From positions 2,560,001 through 2,624,000 of the forward strand of contig CBDCTZ010000016.1 of assembly GCA_965222375.1 (NCBI GenBank): 64,000 bases of DNA, written 5' to 3'. The DNA comes from Polyangiaceae bacterium (lineage in GTDB: Bacteria > Myxococcota_A > Polyangia > Polyangiales > Polyangiaceae). Shown in pieces: positions 35,983-45,757 of this stretch. Both the position numbers and the translations under genes were made by a program. Position 1 is the first letter of the stretch; the number at the start of each line of letters is the position of its first letter. Below the pieces are notes generated by a model that did not search any database, was not told the origin of the DNA, and saw only the letters and a list, made by a program, of their open reading frames with translations.

Positions 35983-37680
35983 CTACGGGCAGCTGCAGCT
36001 GGCCTGCTTCTTCGCTTCGTCGACGCAGTAGTTGTCCCACTTGCCGAACTGAGCGTCGCAGCAGAAGGCGTCCGCTTGGCAGACGTCCTTTTCGCACTGA
36101 CCGCAGGTCTCGCTCAGGGCGGTGCCCTCCACGCACGCGGAATGGTCACAGGTGCCGCCGGTGCCACCACCGCAAGCGGTGCATAGCTGCTTGGCCTTGC
36201 TCACACAGAGGCTGTCCCAGGTCCCGCTGCCCGTGGCGCCGCCACAGCAGAAAGCGTCGGCCTTACAGACCTCCGCTGCGCAGGTGTCACAGCTCGGGTC
36301 GAGGGGGCCGCCCGCACTGCAGGGGCTGTGGTCACACTTGCCACCCGTGCCGGTTCCACCGCCGCAGGCCTTCGTCGGATTGGAGCAGGGAATACACACG
36401 CCGTAATCGCCAGCGATGTTCAGGCACTGGAAATGCAGGCTGTGGTCCTCGTTTTTGCCGTAGAGCAGATCGATGAGCAGCTTGCCTGCGATGCTGGCCA
36501 AGGGGTCACCCTTGAACAAGCTGGCAATCAGCGGGTCGAGTTCGATCTTCTTGCAGTCCGAGTCCTCCCGGCACGGCACGCAAACGCCGCATTTGATGCT
36601 CTCGGTGATCTTGACGCTGGCACAGGCCGGCATGCCGTAGTTCACGTTGGCGTCGTTGATCTTGACCTTCACGCTGCCGACGCTGATTTCCGGCTTGCCA
36701 ATCAGGTCCCGGATGGCCTCGCCGACGTTGTACTGAATGCCCACGCCCTTGCAGTCATCGTCCTTTGAGCAGGTATTGGTGACTTTGTCGTAGGGAGCCG
36801 GAAGCACCGCGACGCCTGGCCCGAGATCCGAGCATCCCTTCGCCGACGGCGAACACGTGCCGTAGACCCCGCCGTTGATCGGGAACTTGCACTTCCACGG
36901 GTTGGTTGGGTCTCCACAGCCCTCGCAATTGGTGTCATCGGTGCAGGCCCCGCTCGTGCTGCCGGGCAACCCGCAGGGCTTGACGCAAGTGCCCTTCTTG
37001 CATTCGAAGCCAGCGGGGCAGGCGTAGGTGTCCGAGCACTCCGCACACACGTGGTTGAAGCAGCCCCGGGCCTTCTTGCCGTTGGCCGTCTCGCAACGCG
37101 CGCACTCGTTGTCCGTGGTGCAGCTGCCCGGGCACCTGTTGGCACATTTGTTGTTCTCGCACACGTCCGTGGGAGAACACAGGCTCGTGTTCGTCTCCGT
37201 GCACGCCACGCACTTGCCGGTCGCCGTGTCGCACAGCTGGTGTTGGGGATCGCAGCCTAGGCAATCCGAGTTGGCCGTGCAGGTGATCGTCGGTTCACCG
37301 TTGGCATCCGTCAGGCATTCCTTGTCGGTGCAGGTTCCGAAAGAGGAGCAGGTCTTGCCGGGGGGACAACCTTCACCCGTAGACGGGTTGCAGGCGATGC
37401 AGCGCTTGGTTGCGGTGTCGCACTTGGTGCGGTCGAAGGAGCAACCCGCGCACTCTTGGTCGCTCGAGCAGTTCGTCAGGAAGCACACGCCGCCGGTAGA
37501 GGCGCCAGAGCCACCGGTTCCGCCTTGCCCGCCGCCGCCTGTTCCTGCGTCGGTTCCGGGCTTGCCTCCGCCTCCGCCTCCGCCGTCGTCGCTGCCACAA
37601 CCCGGCAGGGCTAGAGAGATGGGGAGCAGCAGCGACACGGCTGCAGTCAAAAGGGTTCGGATGGGGTTCTTGGCCGACAC
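35983..37680 (-). CDS. Large Cys-rich lipoprotein with two C-terminal CDHSxC...FCC...WDxxC repeats
   Basis: AGGAGG RBS before GTG 37680; lipobox LPGC; Gly linker; many Cys. Confidence 0.88.
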   Translation of the reverse strand: MSAKNPIRTLLTAAVSLLLPISLALPGCGSDDGGGGGGGKPGTDAGTGGGGQGGTGGSGASTGGVCFLTNCSSDQECAGCSFDRTKCDTATKRCIACNPSTGEGCPPGKTCSSFGTCTDKECLTDANGEPTITCTANSDCLGCDPQHQLCDTATGKCVACTETNTSLCSPTDVCENNKCANRCPGSCTTDNECARCETANGKKARGCFNHVCAECSDTYACPAGFECKKGTCVKPCGLPGSTSGACTDDTNCEGCGDPTNPWKCKFPINGGVYGTCSPSAKGCSDLGPGVAVLPAPYDKVTNTCSKDDDCKGVGIQYNVGEAIRDLIGKPEISVGSVKVKINDANVNYGMPACASVKITESIKCGVCVPCREDSDCKKIELDPLIASLFKGDPLASIAGKLLIDLLYGKNEDHSLHFQCLNIAGDYGVCIPCSNPTKACGGGTGTGGKCDHSPCSAGGPLDPSCDTCAAEVCKADAFCCGGATGSGTWDSLCVSKAKQLCTACGGGTGGTCDHSACVEGTALSETCGQCEKDVCQADAFCCDAQFGKWDNYCVDEAKKQASCSCP

Positions 37681-37824
37681 GACAAAGCCTCCTGAGGCTG
37701 AGGAAAGGAACCCCATCAGGATAGCGGACGTGCCAGCGCCTGGAAACGTTTTCAGTAGGCTGGGAAAGCTCCCACCTTTACGCACCTGAACGGCTCATGC
37801 CATGGCTTTTGCGGCCTTTGGGGG

Positions 37825-39246
37825 TCAGGGCAGCCGGTACACAACTTCCGAGCCGACGACGAGATCGTGAACGGCCCGCTTCTTGGGGTGAAACGCGGCC
37901 AGTGCGAGGCCCGCGGCGTACAACATGCTCAGAAGTACGTTGCTGACCGCCACGGCAAGAACAAGCGCCTCGAAGGCGTCCATGTCCCGCAATTGGATTT
38001 GCTGCACTGCCATTTGAAGGCCGCCGCCGCCCTGGGTGAGCAGAATCACCAGGCCGGCCAAGAAGGGTAGCCACAAGCTCGCTACGGTGCGCGCGAAGGA
38101 CCGACCCCACCCCAATGCTCCGCCATCTGAGCCGCGCACCCGTAGGCTCATCAGGTACTTGCCGGCTGTCTGCCCCCAGGTTGCGTGTGCCGCAGTGACA
38201 TACGCCAAATGGAGCGCCAATCCCCACAATCCCAGCAGACCGATCACGATACCGGCCAAAGCGACGTCGATGCTCACTGCGGCGCCGCGTGCCCAAAAGC
38301 CGCCATGGCGGGTGGCCTCTGGTGCAACAGCTTCCAGAGCCGCGATCAGTTCTTCATAGCTGCCTGGCCGACTTCTTGGCTCTTTCGCCATGAGACGCTC
38401 GATGATCGCCGCCAGAGCCGTTGGAACCGCCGGGGCCCTTTCGGCCAGGGAGGGCGGCGCTTCAGTCAGGTGTTTGCTGACCACCGCAAGCGGCGTCTTG
38501 CCATCGAAGGGTGGCGCGCCGGAAAGCAGGTGATGGAAGGTGCAGCCAAGGGAATACATATCCGCGCGGAAGTCGATGTCATCACCCTTGGCTTGTTCCG
38601 GCGCCATGTACAAAGGGCTGCCTACGACAGCGCCCTCTTGGGTGATCTTCGAATCGGTTCTGCCAACGGGCTTCGCTACACCAAAGTCTGCGATCTTCAC
38701 GTCGCCGGATGCATCGACCAGAAGGTTGCTCGGTTTGATGTCGCGGTGAACGATGCCCGCTCGCCACGCGTCACTCAGTCCACGAGCAACTTGGAGCATC
38801 AGCTTGCGCGCGCGTTCGGCATCGATTTCTTCACCCGCCTCGAGAGTGCTCTCCAAAGCGCCGCCCTCCACGAGCTCCATCGCGAAGTACAGTGATTGAC
38901 GCCCAGCGTTTCCAGGTGGAGTTCGCCCGATGTGGTATATGTGTACGACGTGCCGGGAGTTCAGACGCGCCTGGGCCCGTGCCTCACGAATGAATCGCTC
39001 TTGAAGTTGAGCGTCGCGAGCAAAGTCCTCGGGTAGCACCTTGATGGCAACGCGGCGGTCCAACGAGCGATCGTGGCCAATGAAGACTGCTCCCATGCCC
39101 CCGCGTGCCAAGGGCTCGAGCACGTCGAAATGGTCCAGGCCACAACCGACCCAGCGTTGCAGCTCCGACCGCGTGCTCTCCACGGACTTTCGTGGGCCGC
39201 TTTCGGCGAGCAGCGTGGTGTCGAAAGCATCCGCGTCAGTGCTCAT
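37825..39246 (-). CDS. Ser/Thr kinase fused to an RDD membrane domain
   Basis: HRDIKPSN, DFG and APE; GGFWARGAAVSID, GQTAGK and KRAVHDLVVGSEVV. Confidence 0.92.
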   Translation of the reverse strand: MSTDADAFDTTLLAESGPRKSVESTRSELQRWVGCGLDHFDVLEPLARGGMGAVFIGHDRSLDRRVAIKVLPEDFARDAQLQERFIREARAQARLNSRHVVHIYHIGRTPPGNAGRQSLYFAMELVEGGALESTLEAGEEIDAERARKLMLQVARGLSDAWRAGIVHRDIKPSNLLVDASGDVKIADFGVAKPVGRTDSKITQEGAVVGSPLYMAPEQAKGDDIDFRADMYSLGCTFHHLLSGAPPFDGKTPLAVVSKHLTEAPPSLAERAPAVPTALAAIIERLMAKEPRSRPGSYEELIAALEAVAPEATRHGGFWARGAAVSIDVALAGIVIGLLGLWGLALHLAYVTAAHATWGQTAGKYLMSLRVRGSDGGALGWGRSFARTVASLWLPFLAGLVILLTQGGGGLQMAVQQIQLRDMDAFEALVLAVAVSNVLLSMLYAAGLALAAFHPKKRAVHDLVVGSEVVYRLP

Positions 39247-39308
39247 CCCCAAACTCCATCCGATCATTGCATGAGTTCCCCTCACCGGCGTGATGGCTTC
39301 CTCCCATC

Positions 39309-39323
39309 GCAAGGGTCATGCCA
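39309..39323 (-). promoter_or_regulatory. Sigma54 (-24/-12) promoter of the kinase-RDD gene
   Basis: TGGCATGACCCTTGC, one mismatch to TGGCACG-N4-TTGC. Confidence 0.7.
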
Positions 39324-39654
39324 CCCCTGCTGCCCCCGAAAATCCGCCATAAACGCTGGCCGGCAGACAGACACTGTGTCGTCGGTACCACGGCCCCCTG
39401 GGCGCCCCCGTCACAGTCACAAAACGCCGGGATTAGTTCTTTAATTTCAGGCATATAGCAGCAAGCGACTCGTCTGGGAGAATGCCGCCAGCGCGGCCGT
39501 CGTCTAAGCCGACGTTAACCAGTCCACGCTTTTTGGCCCTTGCTTCACAAAGACTCGGGTTGACCCGCGATGCCTCCTAGTGGCAAACCGGTGCCCGACC
39601 AAAGGGGGGCTTGAGCCCTTGGAAGCGCATCTACGGATGCCCAGGAGTTTCCAC

Positions 39655-40296
39655 ATGACCGCAACTTATCGACTGAAGCTCAGGAAAGTTGGCCTAACCC
39701 TCGGCGCCGTCGCCAGTCTGGCCCTCGTGGCCGGTTGCGCGGGTACGAAGGTTTTTGAAGGCCAAACCGCATTTGCCGTACAGGGTACGCCTCCGGCGCC
39801 CCCTCCACCGCCACCACCACCGCCGCCAGAGGAGCCCAAGAAAGAGGAGCCAAAACGCGTCGAGGTCAAGGCTGACAAGATCGAGATTCGCGAGAAGATC
39901 CAATTCGAATACAACAGCGCGAAGATCAAAGAGGCGTCCGACGGACTCATCACTGAGATTGCCGACGTCATCAAGAAGCACCCTCACATCAAGAAGATCC
40001 AGATCGAGGGGCATGCGAGCTCTGAGGGCAACGCGGCTTACAACAAGACGCTGTCCGGTCGTCGCGCGAATGCAGTCAAGGCTGCGCTCATCGCCAAAGG
40101 AGTCGAGGCTGGTCGGCTGACCTCCAAGGGTTTCGGAGCCGAGAAGCCCATCGCCTCGAACGACACCGAGGAAGGCAAAGAGGCCAACCGCCGTGTCGAG
40201 TTCAACATCACTGAACAGGACTCCAAGAAGGAGGCCCCCACTACGCCAGCGACTCCCGCAGTCGGGAATCTCAAGAAGCCCGGAGCGAAGAAGTGA
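39655..40296 (+). CDS. OmpA-family peptidoglycan-binding lipoprotein
   Basis: AGGAG RBS; lipobox VAGC; poly-Pro; IEGHAS...YNKTLSGRRA...NRRVEF. Confidence 0.92.
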   Translation: MTATYRLKLRKVGLTLGAVASLALVAGCAGTKVFEGQTAFAVQGTPPAPPPPPPPPPPEEPKKEEPKRVEVKADKIEIREKIQFEYNSAKIKEASDGLITEIADVIKKHPHIKKIQIEGHASSEGNAAYNKTLSGRRANAVKAALIAKGVEAGRLTSKGFGAEKPIASNDTEEGKEANRRVEFNITEQDSKKEAPTTPATPAVGNLKKPGAKK

Positions 40297-40325
40297 GCGC
40301 CGCTCGCACTCGACAGGAGACAATC

Positions 40326-40727
40326 ATGAAGAAATTCCTCATGCCTTTTTCGTTGGTGTTGCTCGCAGCCGCCACTGGCTGTTCCTTCGCCGCACGCTCT
40401 CCGGAAATGTACCGGGATGACACCGCGGCGTTGCTCGAGACCAAGAATGCGGAAATCCGCGCTTGCTATGACCAGCAGCTGCAGGCCAACCAGACCGCCG
40501 CGGGTACGGTTCGTGTTCAGTTCATGGTCCAAAAGGACACTGGGATGATCGTGGATCCCCAGGTGGATGCTGCGGGTACGACCGCTCCCGCTGAGGTTTC
40601 CACTTGTGTGGTGAACGCCATCAATGGTCTGACCCTAGCGCCGCCGGATCAGAACGACGGGCAGGCAACCTTCACCTGGGAATTCGTCGCAGGTGGTGCT
40701 CCCGCGGAACCGCCGCCTGCTGGCTGA
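40326..40727 (+). CDS. Small lipoprotein with AgmX/PglI-type (TonB-C-like) domain
   Basis: AGGAG RBS; lipobox ATGC; IRACYDQQL...GTVRVQF...CVVNAI. Confidence 0.75.
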   Translation: MKKFLMPFSLVLLAAATGCSFAARSPEMYRDDTAALLETKNAEIRACYDQQLQANQTAAGTVRVQFMVQKDTGMIVDPQVDAAGTTAPAEVSTCVVNAINGLTLAPPDQNDGQATFTWEFVAGGAPAEPPPAG

Positions 40728-40748
40728 TTCGGGAATGACAAAAAGTGA

Positions 40749-40782
40749 AAACGGCGGCTCCTCGGGCCGCCGTTTCGCGTTT
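40749..40782. terminator. Intrinsic terminator, possibly bidirectional, between convergent genes
   Basis: AAACGGCGGCTC-ctc-GGGCCGCCGTTT stem with A/T flanks. Confidence 0.75.
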
Positions 40783-40825
40783 GTGGAGTGACGCCCAACC
40801 GTGAGCGGACCAGCCGCAGCTCAGC

Positions 40826-41242
40826 TCAGTCCAGGCGAGCACCGAAAGTCTCTCGCAACTGCTCCTCGAGCGCCATCACCGACCCGCCAGCGACGCCGAT
40901 GCGCAGAGAGATGGTCGTGTCATCCCCCCAAGGCCACCACAGCCCGTAGGCAATCGATCCGCCGACGGGGTTCGTCGCTACAATCAGCTGATCCTGCCGC
41001 ACGCCGCCCGTTCGGTCGGCGATCTGCTGCACGATGGGTGGCGCTTTGCTCAGCGTCCGATGGTTCCACTTGTGTGGGAACGCCACGGGAAGAGCGGCTC
41101 GGGACTCGTCCGACAGCTCGACGCCGAAAGCGGAGGCGACGCAGGACAGCCGGTTATCCCAGCTCCAGCCCCGCTTGGGCCACTGGGTCCGGAACTTTCC
41201 CAGCAAGATGAAGAGCTCGCTCGCGGAGCCCGTGGTGCTCAT
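40826..41242 (-). CDS. Hypothetical Trp-rich protein
   Basis: Protein-like composition (GWSWDNRL, GGVRQDQ, LWWPWGDDTTISLRIG); fills the gap. Confidence 0.75.
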   Translation of the reverse strand: MSTTGSASELFILLGKFRTQWPKRGWSWDNRLSCVASAFGVELSDESRAALPVAFPHKWNHRTLSKAPPIVQQIADRTGGVRQDQLIVATNPVGGSIAYGLWWPWGDDTTISLRIGVAGGSVMALEEQLRETFGARLD

Positions 41243-41371
41243 ATCCAGGATTCATATCAAAATTGCGCTCTAGTGTGGGTCATTGAAAAAATGAGCCTAC
41301 GCCGCCCGAGGCAGGCATTTCGGGCGAGCCACCCTTGAAAGGTCGACGGTGCTACAGTCCCGAGCCTAGCC

Positions 41372-42382
41372 ATGTCTGCAGTTCGCCTGCGCAACCGAGC
41401 AGTCCTCCCCCTTTTAGCGATGGCACTGATGTGCCTGAGCGGCGGCGCTTTTGGCCAAAGCGAGGAGGAGTTGTCTCGAGCCCGGCAGCTCTACGCCCAG
41501 GGGCTGACCCAGGAAGCAGCTGGCGACTGGGCGGGCGCTCTCAACGCCTTTCAGCAGGTCTCGCGCATCAAAATGACGCCGCAAGTGCGTTATCACATCG
41601 CTCGCTGCAAAGAGAACTTGGGTCGCCTCAACGAGGCCCTGGGCGGCTATCGCCTAGCCGAGTACGAGGCTGAGCGAGCCGAGAAAAGGAAACCCGAGCT
41701 GATTGGGGAGATCAAGAAGGCTCGGGAATCCCTGAAGGCTCGCATCCCAAAGCTCGTCATCGAGCGGGGTGACGGTGCCGCTGCGATCAAGATCGAACTG
41801 GATGGTGTTGCCCTTGGGCCAGCGAAGGTGGGTCGTGAGGTGAGTGTCGACCCGGGCCCTCACTCTGTGGTTGGTGTCACTTCCGCAGGCAAGCGCTTTG
41901 AGCAGACCATCGAGGTAGCCGAAGGCGAAACGGAGCGCATCAAGCTACATGTGCCCGAGGAGATGCGGGGTGGTACGGGGGACGCGAACTCCGCAGCTGG
42001 CAGGGGCTCCATGACAGGAGATCGGTCTGCGGATTCCGCGAACGAGGCGGCGTCCAGTTCCGCGTTTCCGTGGGTCGTCACGGGTCTGGGCGTGGCCAGC
42101 CTCGCCGCGAGCGGAGTGTTTTTCGCGCTGCGCTCCCAGGCCGAGCAGGAACTGGATGAGGGCTGCTTGGGCAATGTGTGTCCAGACACTCTCGAGAGCA
42201 CGGAACAACGCGGAAAGACCTACGCGCTGCTGTCAGGAGTGACATTGGGAGTCGGCATCGTCGGCGTGGGTGTGGGCACGGTCTTGCTTGTGACCCGCGG
42301 AAAGAAAGACTCGTCCGCCGATGGCGCCAGCGTCGCGCTGCAGCTCTCGCCAAATCGAGTCAGTCTGTCCGGACAGTTCTGA
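41372..42382 (+). CDS. TPR plus PEGA-like protein with Gly-rich hairpin and C-terminal beta-hairpin (…LSGQF)
   Basis: Signal peptide, TPR, VDPGPH, two hydrophobic helices flanking CxxxxC. Confidence 0.88.
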   Translation: MSAVRLRNRAVLPLLAMALMCLSGGAFGQSEEELSRARQLYAQGLTQEAAGDWAGALNAFQQVSRIKMTPQVRYHIARCKENLGRLNEALGGYRLAEYEAERAEKRKPELIGEIKKARESLKARIPKLVIERGDGAAAIKIELDGVALGPAKVGREVSVDPGPHSVVGVTSAGKRFEQTIEVAEGETERIKLHVPEEMRGGTGDANSAAGRGSMTGDRSADSANEAASSSAFPWVVTGLGVASLAASGVFFALRSQAEQELDEGCLGNVCPDTLESTEQRGKTYALLSGVTLGVGIVGVGVGTVLLVTRGKKDSSADGASVALQLSPNRVSLSGQF

Positions 42383-42385
42383 AGC

Positions 42386-42500
42386 ATGCTCGACGACCAC
42401 GCTTTCGTCGTCACCGGCGCCGGTAGCGGTATTGGCTGAGCGACGGCGGTTCAGCTCACGGCGGCAGGCGCACGAGTCGTGATTAACGACATAGATGGCT
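42386..42500 (+). pseudogene. SDR oxidoreductase 5' fragment with an internal stop
   Basis: MLDDHAFVVTGAGSGIG*ATAVQLTAAGARVVINDID; TGA at 42437-42439. Confidence 0.85.
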
Positions 42501-42759
42501 CCTTTTCTTGAAGGGAACGCGGAATGACACCAACCACCTTCGACCCTGCTTTCAAGGCGGCATCTGCCAGGACCCCCATCAGGCCCACACTCGCGCCGCC
42601 GTAGACGACGTCCCAGTGAGCAGCGGCAAGTGCGTGGCCGGTCTGCTTGGCGAGTTCTGTCGGCCAGGGAAGGGTTGGATCGCTGGCGCCCAAAAAGACA
42701 CAAACGCTTCGGGGCGGAGTTGGTTTTGCGTCAGCTGGGTCGCGATGATCTTGGGGCAC
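42497..42759 (-). pseudogene. LOG-family (nucleotide phosphoribohydrolase) 5' fragment
   Basis: VCVFLGAS...VVYGGASVGLMGVLADAAL...VVGVIP, ends after LQEKE; no PGGxGTxxE. Confidence 0.85.
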
Positions 42760-42788
42760 GGCGCAGCATGCTATCCTCGTCAGAGCAG

Positions 42789-43934
42789 ATGGGTAGCTTC
42801 GCGCGCGCTTTTCTCGTCGCCATGGGCGCGGTTGGTAGCCTGGCTTGCGGATTGGACGACCGCGGCGACGGCGCCAGCACGACGGTGGTCGGGATCGGTG
42901 GCCAGAGCGCCGATGCTGGGCTGTCGGGTGCCGGGGGTGCCGGGGCAACCGGTGGCGCCGGCGCCGTGGCTGGAGCGGGCAGTGGTGGCTTCGCCGGTGG
43001 GACCCTGGGCGGCGGCGAAAACTGCACCGATGGCATCGACGATGACAAAGATGGCGCGCCCGACTGCGCTGATCCGGACTGTGCCCAGTACAGCTGCGTG
43101 CCTCGTCTGCCGGTGGGATTCACGGGTTTCGCCAGAGTGCGTGGGGAGGGCGTTCCACCCGTTGGGGCGGAGGGCCCAACCTGCCCAGATGGGTCACCCC
43201 CGACGCGCTACCTGAGCAACCTCGCGGGCCCGGCCCAATGCTCTGCCTGCAGCTGCGGCGGGCTCCAGGGGGCCACTTGTGGCCCAGCGGGTTTGTTCTG
43301 CAAACACGCCGATTCAGATTGCACCGGAGCTCAGGACTGGAGTGGCAAGATTGGCGGTGGTTGCACCAACGGGGATGGTGGACAGAGCAAGCTCTCCTGC
43401 TTCGCCACTCCCGCGGCGGTGGCTCAACAAGGTAGCTGTGAGCCAAGCACGAGTACGAATACCGACACCGATGCCTACTTTGGCGTGTCGGACGTGTGCC
43501 GACAGCCGGCGGGCCAGGGCTGCTCAGCCGGGCAGGCTTGCGTTGCCAATGGTACTGGGGAGTACGCGGGCTTCATTTGCGTGGAGCAACCTGGGGAAGT
43601 GCCCTGTCCAAGCGAATACAGCGTTGCCATCGTCGGCTATAAGTCGGTTCAGGACAATCGAAGCTGCTCGGCCTGCCAGTGCACTCCGAGCCAGGTGACG
43701 TGCGACGCTCCCGAATACAGTTTCTATGATGGATGGAGCTGTGGCGGCAGCAGGAAGACGGTGACGTCCACAACTTGCCAAAACCTTTCCGGACTGCTGG
43801 ACTGGGGCACCTGGTCCTACAAGACGACCCACAATCCCCAGGCATTCGGTACCTGCCTGGCCCAAGGGGGCTCGCCACAAGGTAGTGTGGCTGGTGTAGG
43901 CGCAATCACATTTTGCTGTCGCTCCGTGCTCTAG
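42789..43934 (+). CDS. Cys-rich lipoprotein with DxDxDG motif
   Basis: Lipobox SLAC; Gly linker; ENCTDGIDDDKDGAPDCADPDC; two CSACxC repeats. Confidence 0.85.
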   Translation: MGSFARAFLVAMGAVGSLACGLDDRGDGASTTVVGIGGQSADAGLSGAGGAGATGGAGAVAGAGSGGFAGGTLGGGENCTDGIDDDKDGAPDCADPDCAQYSCVPRLPVGFTGFARVRGEGVPPVGAEGPTCPDGSPPTRYLSNLAGPAQCSACSCGGLQGATCGPAGLFCKHADSDCTGAQDWSGKIGGGCTNGDGGQSKLSCFATPAAVAQQGSCEPSTSTNTDTDAYFGVSDVCRQPAGQGCSAGQACVANGTGEYAGFICVEQPGEVPCPSEYSVAIVGYKSVQDNRSCSACQCTPSQVTCDAPEYSFYDGWSCGGSRKTVTSTTCQNLSGLLDWGTWSYKTTHNPQAFGTCLAQGGSPQGSVAGVGAITFCCRSVL

Positions 43935-43943
43935 GTTCACCCC

Positions 43944-45140
43944 ATGCTCGATTTCACCGACCCCGATGAGCTCGTGGGCGCCGTGCTCGACCAGCGGTTT
44001 CGCCTGGAACGGGCACTGGGGCGAGGTGGGCTCGCCGTGGTCTACGAAGCATCATCACTCGACGGCCAGAGTAGTGTAGCGCTCAAGATCTTGCGGGCTG
44101 AGTTTGGAGATTCCTCCGAGATTGTAGAGAGGTTCCTGAACGAACTTTCCGCCAGCGCCCGAGTGGAACACCCCGCAGTGGCGAAGATCTTCGAGGCGGT
44201 GCAGGCAGCCGACGGGACGCCCTACCTGGTGATGGAACTCGTGCCTGGCATCCCGCTTTCTCAACGCATGAACCAAGGCCGGCTGCCCGTCGAGCAGGCG
44301 ACGGGGATTGCTCGCAACATCCTCTCCGCCTTGGCCGTGGCACATCCGGGTGGTGTCGTTCATCGAGATCTCAAGCCAGGCAACGTGATGCTGATGGGTG
44401 ACCCCAATTCGAGTACGGAACTAAAAGTGCTCGATTTCGGTATTGCTCGGGTCATCGACGCGGCGGGCGGCGCTCAGCGCAAGACCCGCACGGGCATGTT
44501 GCTGGGTACGCCGGGCTACATGAGCCCCGAGCAGATCCGCAGCATCAAGGCGACGGATCCCAGAGCCGATCTCTGGTCCGTCGGGATCTTGACGTACGAG
44601 ATGCTGTCGGGAGAGATGGCTTTCGATGCGGAGAACGAGTTCGAACGCATCACCAAAGTTCTCAACAGCGCTCCGATCCCGATTGAAGAGGTGGCGCCTC
44701 AGTACGCGCACTGGGGGCCTTTCTTTCGGCGCGCTCTCGCCAAAGAGCTGACGGACCGCTTCCAAACGGCGGACGAAATGGCGCTCGCTCTCGAGCGCAC
44801 GGCTCGAGGCGAGGACATCAGCGCGGCAACCATGGCGTCAGTTCCCCCGGCTGCATCCGGGGCGGCTGTGTCCTCCGGGGGCTTCGCCAGCTCGCCGCCT
44901 GCCCACTCGGCTCCCCCGCCATCGCCGGGTCAACCTCACTCGGGACCCTTCGGAACGTCCAATACTGCCGTTTCGCCTGGCTCAGCCCATGAGTCGTCGA
45001 CCGCGCACCCGGAGCTCAACATTCCCGTCGTGGAAGTACCGCGCCGTCCGGCCAGCGTGCCCCTGACCTTGGCGGTCTTGTTGGCCCTGATTTGCCTGGC
45101 ACTGGGTTTTTTCGGGGGCTTTCTCGCAGCACGCTATTGA
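43944..45140 (+). CDS. Ser/Thr kinase with C-terminal membrane anchor
   Basis: GRGG, HRDLKPGN, DFG and SPEQ; terminal TM. Confidence 0.95.
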   Translation: MLDFTDPDELVGAVLDQRFRLERALGRGGLAVVYEASSLDGQSSVALKILRAEFGDSSEIVERFLNELSASARVEHPAVAKIFEAVQAADGTPYLVMELVPGIPLSQRMNQGRLPVEQATGIARNILSALAVAHPGGVVHRDLKPGNVMLMGDPNSSTELKVLDFGIARVIDAAGGAQRKTRTGMLLGTPGYMSPEQIRSIKATDPRADLWSVGILTYEMLSGEMAFDAENEFERITKVLNSAPIPIEEVAPQYAHWGPFFRRALAKELTDRFQTADEMALALERTARGEDISAATMASVPPAASGAAVSSGGFASSPPAHSAPPPSPGQPHSGPFGTSNTAVSPGSAHESSTAHPELNIPVVEVPRRPASVPLTLAVLLALICLALGFFGGFLAARY

Positions 45141-45204
45141 TTGCTCGGCCGGGGTTTTTACTGCCCTCGGTCGATGCTAGAAGCGGACGCGGAGGTTTTC
45201 AGCG

Positions 45205-45747
45205 GTGGAAGAACTGGATGCTCGTTGCTTGGAAGCGTTTCCAGGGTGGCTCAGGGGATTGAACGCCGACTCCCGCGCCTTGGGGGACTTGGTAGAAGGG
45301 GCGCGCGGCAGCGAGGCGGCGCGCCGGCACCTGGTAGGGGCCTTGAACTACTTGTTCAAGTCCCTCGATCTGATTCCCGATGGCATCGAGGACCTCGGAT
45401 TCATCGATGACGCTTTCGTCTTTCGGGTCGCATCGGCTCTCGCTATCGCCGAAGACCCTGGCATATCTTCAAGTGAATCGGCAATCGGTCGAATGGCGGA
45501 GGATGCGGCGCTCATCCGCGAGTTCCTCGACGACGATTATCCTCGGCTCGAAGCCTACGTGCGTGGGTTGGGCCAGGTCAGCGCCCGGGGGCGCAGCGTT
45601 GACCAGGTGATCGCCGACGATTCCCAGCGCGCTGAACTCGCTCGGGAAGTACGAAGTTGGGCGGACGCTTACGATGCTCCCAGCTTCAACCGGGACGAGA
45701 AAACCCTAGTGAAGCTGAGAGCTTTTCTGTCGGCGAAATTGCCCTGA
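45205..45747 (+). CDS. DUF1232/YkvA-family protein
   Basis: YLFKSLDLIPDGIEDLGFIDD motif. Confidence 0.85.
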   Translation: MEELDARCLEAFPGWLRGLNADSRALGDLVEGARGSEAARRHLVGALNYLFKSLDLIPDGIEDLGFIDDAFVFRVASALAIAEDPGISSSESAIGRMAEDAALIREFLDDDYPRLEAYVRGLGQVSARGRSVDQVIADDSQRAELAREVRSWADAYDAPSFNRDEKTLVKLRAFLSAKLP

Positions 45748-45757
45748 GGTCCGACCG

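Noticed and set aside
42437..42439. In-frame TGA as selenocysteine or readthrough
   Set aside because: Position corresponds to Arg, and the gene is truncated about 20 codons later anyway
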